Below are positions 28,520 to 41,388 of a stretch of DNA of 64,000 nucleotides, piece by piece. Origin of the DNA: Kiritimatiellia bacterium. GTDB taxonomy: Bacteria; Verrucomicrobiota; Kiritimatiellia; RFP12; UBA1067. The notes beneath the pieces are model-generated. The model was given only the letters and a program-made list of their open reading frames with translations. It had not been told where the DNA came from and made no database searches. Positions within the stretch are counted from its first letter, which is position 1; the number at the start of each line of letters is the position of its first letter. Both the position numbers and the translations under genes were made by a program. The stretch lies in NCBI GenBank assembly GCA_050949565.1, contig JBMNFY010000017.1, forward strand, positions 1,376,001-1,440,000. The letters run 5' to 3'.

Positions 28520-28867
28520 ATGAACGAACTACTGAACAACGTGCAGGTCCAGACTGCGCTCATCACGCTGATCGTGCTAGCGCTCAACGCTCTGGCGCAA
28601 TGGCTGAAGAGCAAGACGCGCGGATCGCTGCTCGAATACGTGTGGTGCTACGCGCAGCCGATCATCGCGGCATTCATTGCGGCCGCGCGTGAGGTGATGC
28701 AAGAAGGCGGCGAAGGATCGGCCGCGATACGCGGGATCATGGATAAATCGCTGGCCGAGTTCGCCGACCAATACGAACTGTTCGAGGGCCGTCCTCCGAC
28801 CGAGGCAGAGATCGCTGCGGTGCGGAATGAACTGGTCACGCAACTAAAACGCATTATCGGAGGCTAA
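28520..28867 (+). CDS. Holin-like protein
   Basis: One N-terminal TM followed by KSK and amphipathic helices; AGGAG RBS. Confidence 0.55.
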   Translation: MNELLNNVQVQTALITLIVLALNALAQWLKSKTRGSLLEYVWCYAQPIIAAFIAAAREVMQEGGEGSAAIRGIMDKSLAEFADQYELFEGRPPTEAEIAAVRNELVTQLKRIIGG

Positions 28868-28869
28868 GC

Positions 28870-29052
28870 GTGGAAAAATACGATCAGATCACATCGCCTG
28901 ACGACAAGGGCAAAGCAGAATTTATTCGGAGGTCCGACAACAAATCGGCACGGGTAAAAATCACATGGTTCAAGGCTTCTCCGGACGGCGACGGCATGGT
29001 GGCTGTTAGCCGAGTCAAGGCGATCCGCCTGTCGGGGTTGCATTGGGCGTAA
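28870..29052 (+). CDS. Small hypothetical protein
   Basis: GGAGG RBS, GTG start. Confidence 0.5.
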   Translation: MEKYDQITSPDDKGKAEFIRRSDNKSARVKITWFKASPDGDGMVAVSRVKAIRLSGLHWA

Positions 29053-29069
29053 TCAGGAGGGATACCATC

Positions 29070-29813
29070 ATGATAAAACGGTTCACGAATTGGCTGGTTG
29101 CGCTGGCACTGGTTGCGGTGTCCGGGGTAACGGCGGGTTGCTACACAAAAGCGGTCGCATTCTCAAGGGTGCATCCGGACGGAGTGCGCGAGTGCGAAAT
29201 GCGTGTTATCGGCACCGGCGACAAAGCATCGCAGGTCGCGGCCGACGGCATGTTTGCCGATGGATCGCTCGATGACTTCGGGGCGGGTGTTCGGAGCACG
29301 TCTGCCAGCCAGCAGTCGTCGGGAGTAGACGGCACCATCAACGCACTCGGGTCGCTCATGAGCATCATGGCGCAGTTCATGGCCAACGGACAGCAATACA
29401 GGGTTGGCGTCGGCACGCCCGCCGCATCCACCATGACGGACAGTTCAACGGATAGCGTATCGGCACCTGCGCAGCGGACTACATCAGTTGTTTTAAGCGG
29501 CAAGGTTGCAGAGGCTAAGGCGGCGAACAAAACGCTGATCGTCGTGGCAGGGAATCCTGCGTGTTCGTACTGCACAAAATTCAACGAGGCGGTCGCCGCC
29601 TCGACTTTGTCGACCAGGAGCGACATTATCTTCGTTAGCGAATCCGCTCCGTGGGCTGAAAACAGCGCACTGGACTGGACCGGAGGCGGGAACGCCCCTA
29701 TCGTCCGGATAACGCGATGGAATGCCGACGGATCGATAATGTGCGACCAGAAACTCAACCGCCCGAGCATTGCGGAGATTGAGGCCGCGATCACGGCCTG
29801 CGTAGCAAAGTAG
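29070..29813 (+). CDS. Lipoprotein with C-terminal thioredoxin-like CxxC domain
   Basis: Lipobox-like VTAG-C; AKAANKTLIVVAGNPACSYCTKF; GNAPIVRI. Confidence 0.68.
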   Translation: MIKRFTNWLVALALVAVSGVTAGCYTKAVAFSRVHPDGVRECEMRVIGTGDKASQVAADGMFADGSLDDFGAGVRSTSASQQSSGVDGTINALGSLMSIMAQFMANGQQYRVGVGTPAASTMTDSSTDSVSAPAQRTTSVVLSGKVAEAKAANKTLIVVAGNPACSYCTKFNEAVAASTLSTRSDIIFVSESAPWAENSALDWTGGGNAPIVRITRWNADGSIMCDQKLNRPSIAEIEAAITACVAK

Positions 29814-29992
29814 CCGCAACACCGACTATGCTGCTCTGGCCAGCCGGTCGTACGAAGCGCGACGACGCAACAAGGCCGCCCGTAAAGCGGCCGGCAAATC
29901 TACGCCGCCCTCAGCAACGACTTGATGGCCATCGCTGCTTCTGCTACTATCGAGATCACGGTTTCAATTTTTTTACCGTGATCCGCACCATC

Positions 29993-30101
29993 TGTGGCAT
30001 GGGCGTCTCGCCCATGAAACACGGGCAAGATGCCCGTGCCACACCGCCTCGTGGCATGGGCGTCCCGCCCATGAAACACGGGCAAGATGCCCGTGCCACA
30101 C
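29993..30101. repeat. REP-like palindrome pair (GTGGCATGGGCGTCCCGCCCATG...CACGGGCAAGATGCCCGTGCCAC)
   Basis: Other copies near 30600, 46855, 52801, 53221, 53680, 53790 and 54768. Confidence 0.85.
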
Positions 30102-30125
30102 CCGGTTGCGGCGTCAGGAGTCTTT

Positions 30126-30524
30126 TTGCTTAGCCCGGAAACGATAGACAAAATCAAAGCGCGCATGGCCCTGGCCTCGGTCTTCGAGGAGGACCTTCAG
30201 GAGTCGTTTATTCTGGGTTCAGGCCCCGGTGGGCAAAAGACCAACAAAACCTCATCGACCGTCCGCCTCTATCACGCGCCCAGCGGCATGACGATCAAGT
30301 ATGGTCGCAGCCGTTCGCGCGAGGCGAACCGCTGGCTCGCGCGCCGCGAACTGGCCGAGAAGATTTTAGAGCGCGCGAAAAGCGAGCTTTCAGCGCGCCG
30401 TCAGGCCGCTGAAAAAATCCGCCGCCAAAAACGACGCCGCTCCCGCCGCCAGAAAGCGCGCATGCTCGACGAAAAGCGCAAGCACAGCGAGAAAAAAGCC
30501 GCACGCGCACGCGTCGAGTTTTGA
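30126..30524 (+). CDS. Peptide chain release factor-like protein (ArfB/RF-1 domain)
   Basis: GSGPGGQKTNKTSS, RSREANR, basic C-terminal tail; AGGAG RBS before TTG. Confidence 0.88.
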   Translation: MLSPETIDKIKARMALASVFEEDLQESFILGSGPGGQKTNKTSSTVRLYHAPSGMTIKYGRSRSREANRWLARRELAEKILERAKSELSARRQAAEKIRRQKRRRSRRQKARMLDEKRKHSEKKAARARVEF

Positions 30525-30724
30525 TTCCGCGTATGGCGCGGAGCCAAAACTCGAGTTGACATTTAGGAATTAGGATTTAGGAGTTAGTTCTGCCGGGTTT
30601 GCGGCATGGGCGGGTGCCCATGCCCACGGGCAGGATGCCCGTGCCACACCACCCGCAGGATCGGCAGTACCGGCAGTCCCCAAAGCCGAGCCATGCAAAA
30701 CTCCTAACTCCTAACTCCTAAATT

Positions 30725-33946
<3,222 letters not shown>

Positions 33947-35890
33947 CTACTTGAGTTCTTTCAACGTGGCCTGAATCAGCGCGCGTTCCTCATCGCGTGT
34001 TGCCCACTCAAGCGCACGCGTCAGCGCGGCGCGTTTCTGCTCGACCGGAATCTGCTGCGCCGGTACAAGCTTGGCATACGCCCGCAACGCCAGGATGCCG
34101 ATGCGCGACGCTTTGTCCGCCGTGATCAGCGCTTCCAGATCCGGCACGACATCGGGCGACTGCCAGTCGCACAGTGCGCGTTGCGCGGCTTCTTTGAGCG
34201 TCGGGTCGGCACTCGCGGCCGCCTGTCGCACCAGCGCCAGCGACTCCGCGCCGCCGATGTTGCTCAGAATACGCAGCAGTGCAAGCTTCGGCGCACCGTT
34301 CGCTTGCGCATACGCATCGGTCAGCGCCTTGAAAACCGGCGGCGGCAACGCGGCAGCACCAACGTCAATCCGCAACGTAGCGCCCTCGCCCGTTTTAGCT
34401 TTGCGCGGCACGCCGTTGATGGTGTAGGTCATCTCGAACTGCTTGACCTTGCCCGGTGCCGAATCACCGAACGAGCCATTGTTGATCTCAAGCATCGTCT
34501 TGCCGTCTTTGATCATCTCCGCCACCTTGGCGGTGACCTCTTTCTGCGGGCCATCAGGCAGCACGCCGTAAACGGCCTTGATCACCGCAACCGCGCCGGG
34601 CTTGAGCACACTCAGCCGCTGGCACACCGCCGACACCGCACGCTCAGCCGCTTCGAGCACCGGCGTCTTCGGCAAGATCGTCAGCAACGCATTCAGTTCG
34701 CCCTCTCCGGCCAACTCGCCGAGAACCTTGAGGCTGGCCGCCGCGAGTTGCGCATCTTGCGAAGCGGCCAAATCCAACAAACGCGGCACAGCCGAAACGA
34801 TGCGGCGACGTCCAGCCAGATCAATCCCCAACAGGCGCAACGCATTGTCCGGCTTATCGAGCAGTGACACGATCATGGCGTCAGCCTCTTGGCCGCTAAA
34901 CGAAACCAGCGCCGCTTGAGCGGCCTTGACAACCTGCTCGTCCTCCTTGGATACCGCCAAGCGCGCAAACACCGGCAATGCCGCAGCACAGCCCAGCCGT
35001 TCGAGCGCAGCAATGGCCGCCACGCGCGCCACAGGCTCGCCACGCTCGACCAGCGCGATCAACGCCGGTGCGGCCGCGCCGTCACCGCGCTCGCCCAGCA
35101 ACGCAACCACCCCCACCTGCTTGACAGCAGGCAAACGCGGCAGTTCAGTCGCAAACGCCTGCGTGACACCGGTGCCGACCAGCTCTTGACCGACCCGCAG
35201 CGCCACGCTGAACATCGCGGGATCATCGCTCCGAAGCTGTTCCAGCAACAGCGGCAGACCGGCCTCCGCACCGCGCGACAGAATCGCACCGCGCACAGCG
35301 GCCATCTTCACATGCGACGGCACTTGCGACGCACGCAACCGGTCATACAGTGCGCACGCATCGGTCGGCACAGCCGCTTCGGCACACGCCAACAACCCCT
35401 CCGCCGCCGCAGGCACCCGCCCGAGCGCACCCACCAGAGGCTCACGCGCAGCCGGCGTACCGATACGCCCGAGCGCGACAGCCGCAGCCGCCGCGACTTC
35501 AGGATCAGTCGCGCCAAGGTGCTTGGCCAACGCCGGCACCGCCTGTGCATCGCGCCGCACGCCAACCGACTGGATCACGCCCGTCAGCAGACGCCCTTGC
35601 AGACGGCCAAGCGCGGCGCGCAACGCCTCGTCGACCGACGGGTGCGGGATCGTCTCCAACGCGTAACGCGCCATGTGGGCGAGCTTGTCATCGGCCAGCA
35701 GCGCAGCCAGCGGGGCCACCGCCGCCTGAGTGCCCACGCGTCCCAGTTCAATGCAGGCGTCATTTTTTTGATGGTGCGTCGACGCGCCATCGGTCAGCAC
35801 CTTGATGAGCGCCGCTTCAGACTGCGGTTCCGCCGCCAGCAGCGGCAGACTCAAACAACACGCAAACAACAGATGTGTAATGGTTTTCAT
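33947..35890 (-). CDS. Secreted HEAT-repeat protein
   Basis: Signal peptide; repeated AAAVALGRIG-type helices; inserted beta domain (KAVYG...FGDSAPGKVK). Confidence 0.85.
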   Translation of the reverse strand: MKTITHLLFACCLSLPLLAAEPQSEAALIKVLTDGASTHHQKNDACIELGRVGTQAAVAPLAALLADDKLAHMARYALETIPHPSVDEALRAALGRLQGRLLTGVIQSVGVRRDAQAVPALAKHLGATDPEVAAAAAVALGRIGTPAAREPLVGALGRVPAAAEGLLACAEAAVPTDACALYDRLRASQVPSHVKMAAVRGAILSRGAEAGLPLLLEQLRSDDPAMFSVALRVGQELVGTGVTQAFATELPRLPAVKQVGVVALLGERGDGAAAPALIALVERGEPVARVAAIAALERLGCAAALPVFARLAVSKEDEQVVKAAQAALVSFSGQEADAMIVSLLDKPDNALRLLGIDLAGRRRIVSAVPRLLDLAASQDAQLAAASLKVLGELAGEGELNALLTILPKTPVLEAAERAVSAVCQRLSVLKPGAVAVIKAVYGVLPDGPQKEVTAKVAEMIKDGKTMLEINNGSFGDSAPGKVKQFEMTYTINGVPRKAKTGEGATLRIDVGAAALPPPVFKALTDAYAQANGAPKLALLRILSNIGGAESLALVRQAAASADPTLKEAAQRALCDWQSPDVVPDLEALITADKASRIGILALRAYAKLVPAQQIPVEQKRAALTRALEWATRDEERALIQATLKELK

Positions 35891-35916
35891 ACGTCTCCTT
35901 GACTCACATTCGAAGG

Positions 35917-37254
35917 TTAGATTTGCCACGGCTGACGCATCGCGCGCGAACGCATACGGTTGGCTTCCGGGTCGTTGATGAACTCGTTCTTGACCGGGTC
36001 AAAGCGCATGTCGCGTTTCAGCCACATCGCGATGTTTGCCGCATGCACGGCCGCCATCGAGTAGTGCATGACCCCGGCATCCGCCACCGGTTGCTGGCGT
36101 GTACGCACGCAGTCGAGGAAGTTGCGCATGTGTCCCATACGGCGGCCCGTGCGTGCCTGATAGTCGTTGACCAGCTTAGTGTAGTCGGCCAGCAGCGACG
36201 GACGCGAGACCTCCGGCCGCTGATAACCGTCGGCACAGGCGACCCACCCCTCGCTCCCCTCAAAGCGCACCCCGCACGAGCCGTGCCAGCCGGTACGCTG
36301 CGACACCATCTCCACGCCGTTGGCAAAGCGCATCACCATGCCGTCGCTGGTTTCGTTGTTCACATATCCGTAAAAGACCGGCGCGGAATGGCCCAGCCCC
36401 AACGCCACATGACACTGCGCGAAGGTGTGCGAGCCCCACTCGCCGATGCAGCTCGTGTGGAAATCGTACTGTCCGTGCCAGCCGCCTCTGACATAGCGCG
36501 AATTGTAAGGCCGCCACGGTGCCGGCCCGAGCCAAGCATCCCAGTCCAACTCTTCGCGCGGCGGCTCCGGTTCGGCCGGCAGCCAAGCGCGGTTCATGTA
36601 GGCGCTGTCCCACGGCGCGATATGCGCACGCACCGTGTGGATCTTGCCGAGCCGGCCCAGCCGCAGCAATTCATTAGCCACCGTGAAATTCGCCTCGCTC
36701 AGGCGCTGGGTGCCGGTCTGGAAAACGCGGGCGTAACGCCGCGCCGCATCCACCACCGCCTGCCCCTCTGCGATCGTCATCGAGCCAGGCTTCTCGCAAT
36801 AGACATCCTTACCGGCGCGCATCGCCAACACAGAGGCTGCGGCATGCCAGCGGTCGCTGGTGGCGATCAACACCGCATCGATGTCAGTACGCGTGGCCAG
36901 AAACTCGCGGATATCGCTGTAGGTCGCGCAATCCTGATTGCCGTACTTGGTGTCCACCATACGCTTGACCGCTTCGCGCCGGTCCTTGCGCACATCACAG
37001 ACCGCCACAAACTGCGTATCCTTCTCAGGCAGAATGCCGTGGCCCAGATCAGCCGAGCCGCGCCCGCCGATGCCGATGCCTCCCATCACAATCCGCTCAC
37101 TGGGCGCAACCGCGCCGTCACGCCCCAAGGCCGACGCCGGTATCAAGGTCGGCATCGCGAGCGCCCCGCCAGCAGCGGCAGCGCATTTGAGGAACCCGCG
37201 ACGGCTCACCGCGCCGCCCGTTCCCGACTGCTTACTTCCGATGTGTATTGACAT
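35917..37254 (-). CDS. Tat-exported Gfo/Idh/MocA family oxidoreductase
   Basis: SRRGFLK, IGIGGRG, DVYCEKP, QTGTQR. Confidence 0.92.
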   Translation of the reverse strand: MSIHIGSKQSGTGGAVSRRGFLKCAAAAGGALAMPTLIPASALGRDGAVAPSERIVMGGIGIGGRGSADLGHGILPEKDTQFVAVCDVRKDRREAVKRMVDTKYGNQDCATYSDIREFLATRTDIDAVLIATSDRWHAAASVLAMRAGKDVYCEKPGSMTIAEGQAVVDAARRYARVFQTGTQRLSEANFTVANELLRLGRLGKIHTVRAHIAPWDSAYMNRAWLPAEPEPPREELDWDAWLGPAPWRPYNSRYVRGGWHGQYDFHTSCIGEWGSHTFAQCHVALGLGHSAPVFYGYVNNETSDGMVMRFANGVEMVSQRTGWHGSCGVRFEGSEGWVACADGYQRPEVSRPSLLADYTKLVNDYQARTGRRMGHMRNFLDCVRTRQQPVADAGVMHYSMAAVHAANIAMWLKRDMRFDPVKNEFINDPEANRMRSRAMRQPWQI

Positions 37255-37293
37255 AATCCCTCTTTCTTTCCTTCTTTCCGTTTCTCCTACAGC

Positions 37294-37345
37294 CCTGTGG
37301 GCGGCGTTGGTCCTGTGGGCGGCGTTGGTCCTGTGGGCGGCGTTT
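37294..37345. repeat. Three 18-bp tandem repeats
   Basis: CCTGTGGGCGGCGTT(GGT) x3. Confidence 0.8.
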
Positions 37346-37395
37346 ACGCCGCCGGGCAAGCGGACGCTTGCCCCTCCCGGCGCACCGCGCCGCAC

Positions 37396-40300
37396 TCACC
37401 GCGCATACCGCAGCTTGACCGGCTGCTGATTCTGCTTTTCGCGCGCGACCTCTTGCTTGAGCACCTCGAGCGCCGCATCAAGCTGCCGATCCCGGCCTGC
37501 CGCCGCGTCGCCCGGTTCATTCCAAACCAACACATCCGGTTGCGTGCCGTTCAGCTCCATATCGGTGCCATCCGGCAGGAACCAGCCGCGATGCGGCAAC
37601 CGCAACGTACCAAGGTCCAGCAGCGCAACATCCGAAGTCGCGATCACGCCGCCGCAGGTCGGCACGCCGACAATCTTACCACGCTTCAACGTCTTGATGG
37701 CGTGCGTGAAAATCTCACCGTTGCTGACCGTGTTCTCGTTGCACAGCACCACGATCGGCTTGTCCCAGACCGGCCGGCCCCAGTAACCGGAGAGATAGGC
37801 CGGCGCCGCATCACGCGCCACGGCGATCGAATGCACGTTGCCGCACAGCACGCCCAAGATGCGGTCAGCCACAAAGCCGCCGGTGTTGTCGCGCACGTCG
37901 ATGATCAGCCCTTCCTTGTCAAACCCTTCGGCGAAAATATCCTGCTCAAACCGGTAGTAGTCATCCCAGCGCATGCGCTGGATGTTAAGGTAACCGAGCC
38001 GACCGCCGCTGGCCTCGCGCACCCGCGCACGCACCGCTTCGAATGCGGCTGTCTTGAGCTTTTCACGGATCGTGCTGTATGTCGCGGCGGGCAGCGTGAT
38101 CTGGCGCGGCGCTTGGTCGCCGGAACGCACGGTCAGCTCGATGTTGCGCTTCTCCGGTCCGTTGAGCACTTCTGCGGGATCGGTCTTGGGGCCGACCGAC
38201 TTACCGTCCACCGCCAACACACGGTCGCCGGATTTCAGCTTCAGTGTGATCTGATCGGCCGGACCGTCCGGCACCACATCACGAATCAGCCAGCCGGGCC
38301 CCGCGTCCGACGGCTCGAAGCGCAGGCCAAGATGCGCGGTCACGATCGACCACGATTGAAACTCCGCCGTTTTGTCCCACTCTTTTCTGCTGCTCGAAGA
38401 GGTCGTGAATCCCAGATGCGAGGAGTTCAGCTCACCGTGCAAGAGCGCCATCACGCGCTGAAAGACCGAGTAGCTGGGCGCGTAACGCGCGGCATCGCGA
38501 TACTTCGCCTTCACGCGCGGCCAATCCGCGCCATGATAACCGGCATCGTAAAACCAATCGCGCAGCTTGGCCCAGGCCATCAAAAAGCCAAGCTCCTGAT
38601 AGTCGCGCAGATCGGTTTCCTGATAGGCGGAAAAGGCAAAGGTCTTGTCGAAATGCGCAGGCAGGTTGTCGCTCAACCAGAGTAGCCGGTTATCCTTGGC
38701 CAACCACTGGAGTGCGCGGCCACGCCGACGCGTCAACAATTCCGGCGTCAGCTTATCCGGCAGCACCACCTTGTAGGTGCCCGCGACACCCTTGACGGTC
38801 GCCTCGAAAGCCAGCGTGCGGCTGTCGTGCGAAAAGAAGGGATGCGCGGGCGTCACATCCTTCAATGTGATCCGGCGCACACGCAGATGCAGGTCATCGA
38901 AATCGATGGTGACCGGCGTAACGGCGGCATCCTCCTTCTTCTTCTCGTCCTCTGCCTTCTTCTTGCCGCTCCCCTTTTTCATCGCCGCGCGCGCCGCCTC
39001 CCGCTCCTTGTCGAAGGTGTTGCGCTCTTCATCGGCCCGGCTCAGCCAGACGTAAAAGAGATCGGTCTGGTTATCCGGCCGCACCCCCACGAACGCCACC
39101 AGCTTGCCGTCCGGCGACCAACACGGATAGCCGTCCCAATTGAAGTGGCGCGAGAGGTTGTAATCCGCCGCCTTGCCATCCGCCGCCAGCAACCAGATAT
39201 CCAGGTTGCCGTAGTCATCCGCCAGCGAAGCCACCAGCCAGCGGCTGTCCGGCGACCAGGCGTAAGTGCCCGCGTTCGATGCCCGCCGACAGCGCGTGAC
39301 CACCACACCGTTGGTATCGGCCACCACCAAGTTGCCGCACGGCTCCACCCAAGAGAGGCGCGTGCCGTCCGGGCTGATCTGCAACTGGCGGCGGTTTGTC
39401 TCGTCATGCGTCAGCACGGTCCTGCGGAAGGTCGTGTTCTCCCACCAGCAGAGGGCGGCATCCGCGCGTTCCGCGCGCCATAGCGCGACACCGTCGCCTT
39501 GGTCGGAGAGATAGTAGAGCGCCGTGCCATCCGGCGTGAAGACACAGTCGCGCTCATGCGTGCGCGTCGCGCCGTGTACCAGTTTGGGATCGCGCAGCAC
39601 CGTGTCCATCACCCAGAGGTCGCCGCCCGTCGTGAAAGCGATCTGCATGCCGTCGTCGCAGAATGCCACGCAGCCCGCCTCGTCATTATTCCAGCAGGCG
39701 GTGTAGTAGCGGCGACGCGAGACCGGCCGCGATGGCGCGGAGCCCGCCTGCAACACGATACGTTCCGGCGGCTGCTCCGGCCGCGTCGGGTCCATGCGGT
39801 AGAAGTCAAACAGCCGACGGAAAATCAGCGTGCGCCCATCATGCGAAAGGGTGGGGTGAATGACGGCATCTTCCGTGTAATGTGTGATCGGCCGCTCGTC
39901 GCCGGAAGCCAGGTCGTGGTGACGCACATTCATGCAGCCGCCCTCGCCCGACACGTAGTAGAAGCCCTTGCCGTCGGGTGTCCACAGCGGCGTGCGGCTC
40001 TCGGTCGTGCGCTTGACCAGACAGGTAAAGCGCTGGTCGCGCCGGTCGTACAGCCAGATCTGGGCCGACTGACTGCTGGTGGCACGCCAACGATAAAGGT
40101 CGCCGCCGCCGATCATAAAGAGCAGGCGCTGGCCGTCCGGCGCGAGACACGGCTCGGTCGCCGGATTATCAAAGAGCACCTGCTCCGGGCCGCGCGCAGC
40201 GGTCGGCAGGAGCGCCACACGCTCCAGCGAACGACCGCCGTCATGGTCGCGCGCGATGACCGCCAGCAGCGCCGTGCCATCCGCCGTCCAGCCGTAGGGA

Positions 40301-40668
40301 CGCGCGCCCTCCGAATGGAACGAGAGCTGGCGCGTCCGGCCGTCATCCAGATTCACCTCAAAGATCTTCCAGCCGCCGTCGCGATTGCTTTGGAACGCCA
40401 CGCGCTTGCCGTCCGGTGCCAGCACCGGCCAGACATCCTTCGCGTTGCCATTCTGCAATGGGGTCGCCGTACCGCCCGCCGTTGGCGCGATCCAGATGTT
40501 ATCGCACCACTCAAAGACAAACCGGCTGCCGTCAGCCGATACCGACGGACGCGACCCCAGATAGATCCGGTCAAACGTATTCGTCGCATCAGCCGCCCAG
40601 CCATACAGCGTGGCCGCCACTACGCCAACGAACACACCCCGCGTCATCCTCCACTTCAATACATTCAC
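37396..40668 (-). CDS. Tricorn-like S41 family peptidase (PD40 propellers, PDZ, S41 domain)
   Basis: WSPDGK-type repeats, GELNSSH, LIIDVRDNTGG, TVSNGEIF, GVPTCGGVI. Confidence 0.92.
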   Translation of the reverse strand: MNVLKWRMTRGVFVGVVAATLYGWAADATNTFDRIYLGSRPSVSADGSRFVFEWCDNIWIAPTAGGTATPLQNGNAKDVWPVLAPDGKRVAFQSNRDGGWKIFEVNLDDGRTRQLSFHSEGARPYGWTADGTALLAVIARDHDGGRSLERVALLPTAARGPEQVLFDNPATEPCLAPDGQRLLFMIGGGDLYRWRATSSQSAQIWLYDRRDQRFTCLVKRTTESRTPLWTPDGKGFYYVSGEGGCMNVRHHDLASGDERPITHYTEDAVIHPTLSHDGRTLIFRRLFDFYRMDPTRPEQPPERIVLQAGSAPSRPVSRRRYYTACWNNDEAGCVAFCDDGMQIAFTTGGDLWVMDTVLRDPKLVHGATRTHERDCVFTPDGTALYYLSDQGDGVALWRAERADAALCWWENTTFRRTVLTHDETNRRQLQISPDGTRLSWVEPCGNLVVADTNGVVVTRCRRASNAGTYAWSPDSRWLVASLADDYGNLDIWLLAADGKAADYNLSRHFNWDGYPCWSPDGKLVAFVGVRPDNQTDLFYVWLSRADEERNTFDKEREAARAAMKKGSGKKKAEDEKKKEDAAVTPVTIDFDDLHLRVRRITLKDVTPAHPFFSHDSRTLAFEATVKGVAGTYKVVLPDKLTPELLTRRRGRALQWLAKDNRLLWLSDNLPAHFDKTFAFSAYQETDLRDYQELGFLMAWAKLRDWFYDAGYHGADWPRVKAKYRDAARYAPSYSVFQRVMALLHGELNSSHLGFTTSSSSRKEWDKTAEFQSWSIVTAHLGLRFEPSDAGPGWLIRDVVPDGPADQITLKLKSGDRVLAVDGKSVGPKTDPAEVLNGPEKRNIELTVRSGDQAPRQITLPAATYSTIREKLKTAAFEAVRARVREASGGRLGYLNIQRMRWDDYYRFEQDIFAEGFDKEGLIIDVRDNTGGFVADRILGVLCGNVHSIAVARDAAPAYLSGYWGRPVWDKPIVVLCNENTVSNGEIFTHAIKTLKRGKIVGVPTCGGVIATSDVALLDLGTLRLPHRGWFLPDGTDMELNGTQPDVLVWNEPGDAAAGRDRQLDAALEVLKQEVAREKQNQQPVKLRYAR

Positions 40669-40848
40669 ACAAATACCTTACACCTTTCCCGCCTCAGCCG
40701 CAATCCTTCCGTTCGTGCGGATTATTGCGACCACGCAGTGGCTCGCAATCGTGAGAGTAAAAGCGCTGCCCCAAAAATCTTTGTGGTCTTTGCGATCTTT
40801 GCGGCTATTTAAACCAAACCATGCCCCAAAATCCCCCAAAAATCACGC

Positions 40849-40877
40849 TTGCAACTCTGCGGAGCGTTTGATACATT
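40849..40877 (+). promoter_or_regulatory. Candidate sigma70 promoter of tRNA-Asp
   Basis: TTGCAA-N17-TACATT. Confidence 0.55.
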
Positions 40878-40892
40878 GCTGTTCACTTTTGC

Positions 40893-40969
40893 GGGGTGGT
40901 GGCGCAATTGGTTAGCGCACCGGACTGTCGATCCGGTGGTCGCGGGTTCGAATCCCGTCCACCCCGCCA
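40893..40969 (+). tRNA. tRNA-Asp(GTC)
   Basis: GGGGTGG/CCACCCC acceptor, CCGGA-CT-GTC-GA-TCCGG anticodon arm, GTTCGAAT T-loop, CCA. Confidence 0.97.
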
Positions 40970-40982
40970 TTTTGATTTTCGA

Positions 40983-41017
40983 GAACCGCGAGTCCGCAAG
41001 GATTCGCGGTTTTTTTT
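40983..41017 (+). terminator. Intrinsic terminator after tRNA-Asp
   Basis: AACCGCGAGTCC-GCAA-GGATTCGCGGTT followed by a T run. Confidence 0.85.
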
Positions 41018-41388
41018 GTTTGCGGGGGGAGCGGATATCTCACACGAAGGACACAAAGCCACGAAGGTTTTTAGGAGCAGCCATGCGTTGAGACGCAGCG
41101 TGCTGGAAAGGCGAGCGCACATCCTGGAGTGCGGTGACAAGAGCCGCGCTGTGCGCGGGTCGCGGCACCGCTTTCCGGCCCGTCTGTGCCAAAGCGGCGT
41201 CGCGCGGAATACCGCTTGCCGCCGCACTCCAGATACATGGTTGTGCGACTCGCGGGGACGCTCGTCCGTTCGTGATTGGGCTTGCGGATCGCCGGGAGGG
41301 CAAGTGCCAATTGCCCAGTGGCAGTCACGCCGCTCCTGTGAACAGCGAACGCCGGAAGGAAAAACTCCTAAATCCTAAATCCTAAATT

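Larger units (their letters stand above)
12030..29992. mobile_element. Defective prophage (siphovirus-like head-tail module) integrated at tRNA-Arg
   Basis: Integrase remnant reading into the tRNA 3' end; terminase remnant, portal, scaffold, capsid, minor capsid, tail and holin-like genes; host genes resume at ~30.1 kb. Confidence 0.9.

Noticed and set aside
40896-41378. ORFs overlapping tRNA-Asp
   Set aside because: They are translations of tRNA, terminator and REP-like sequence.
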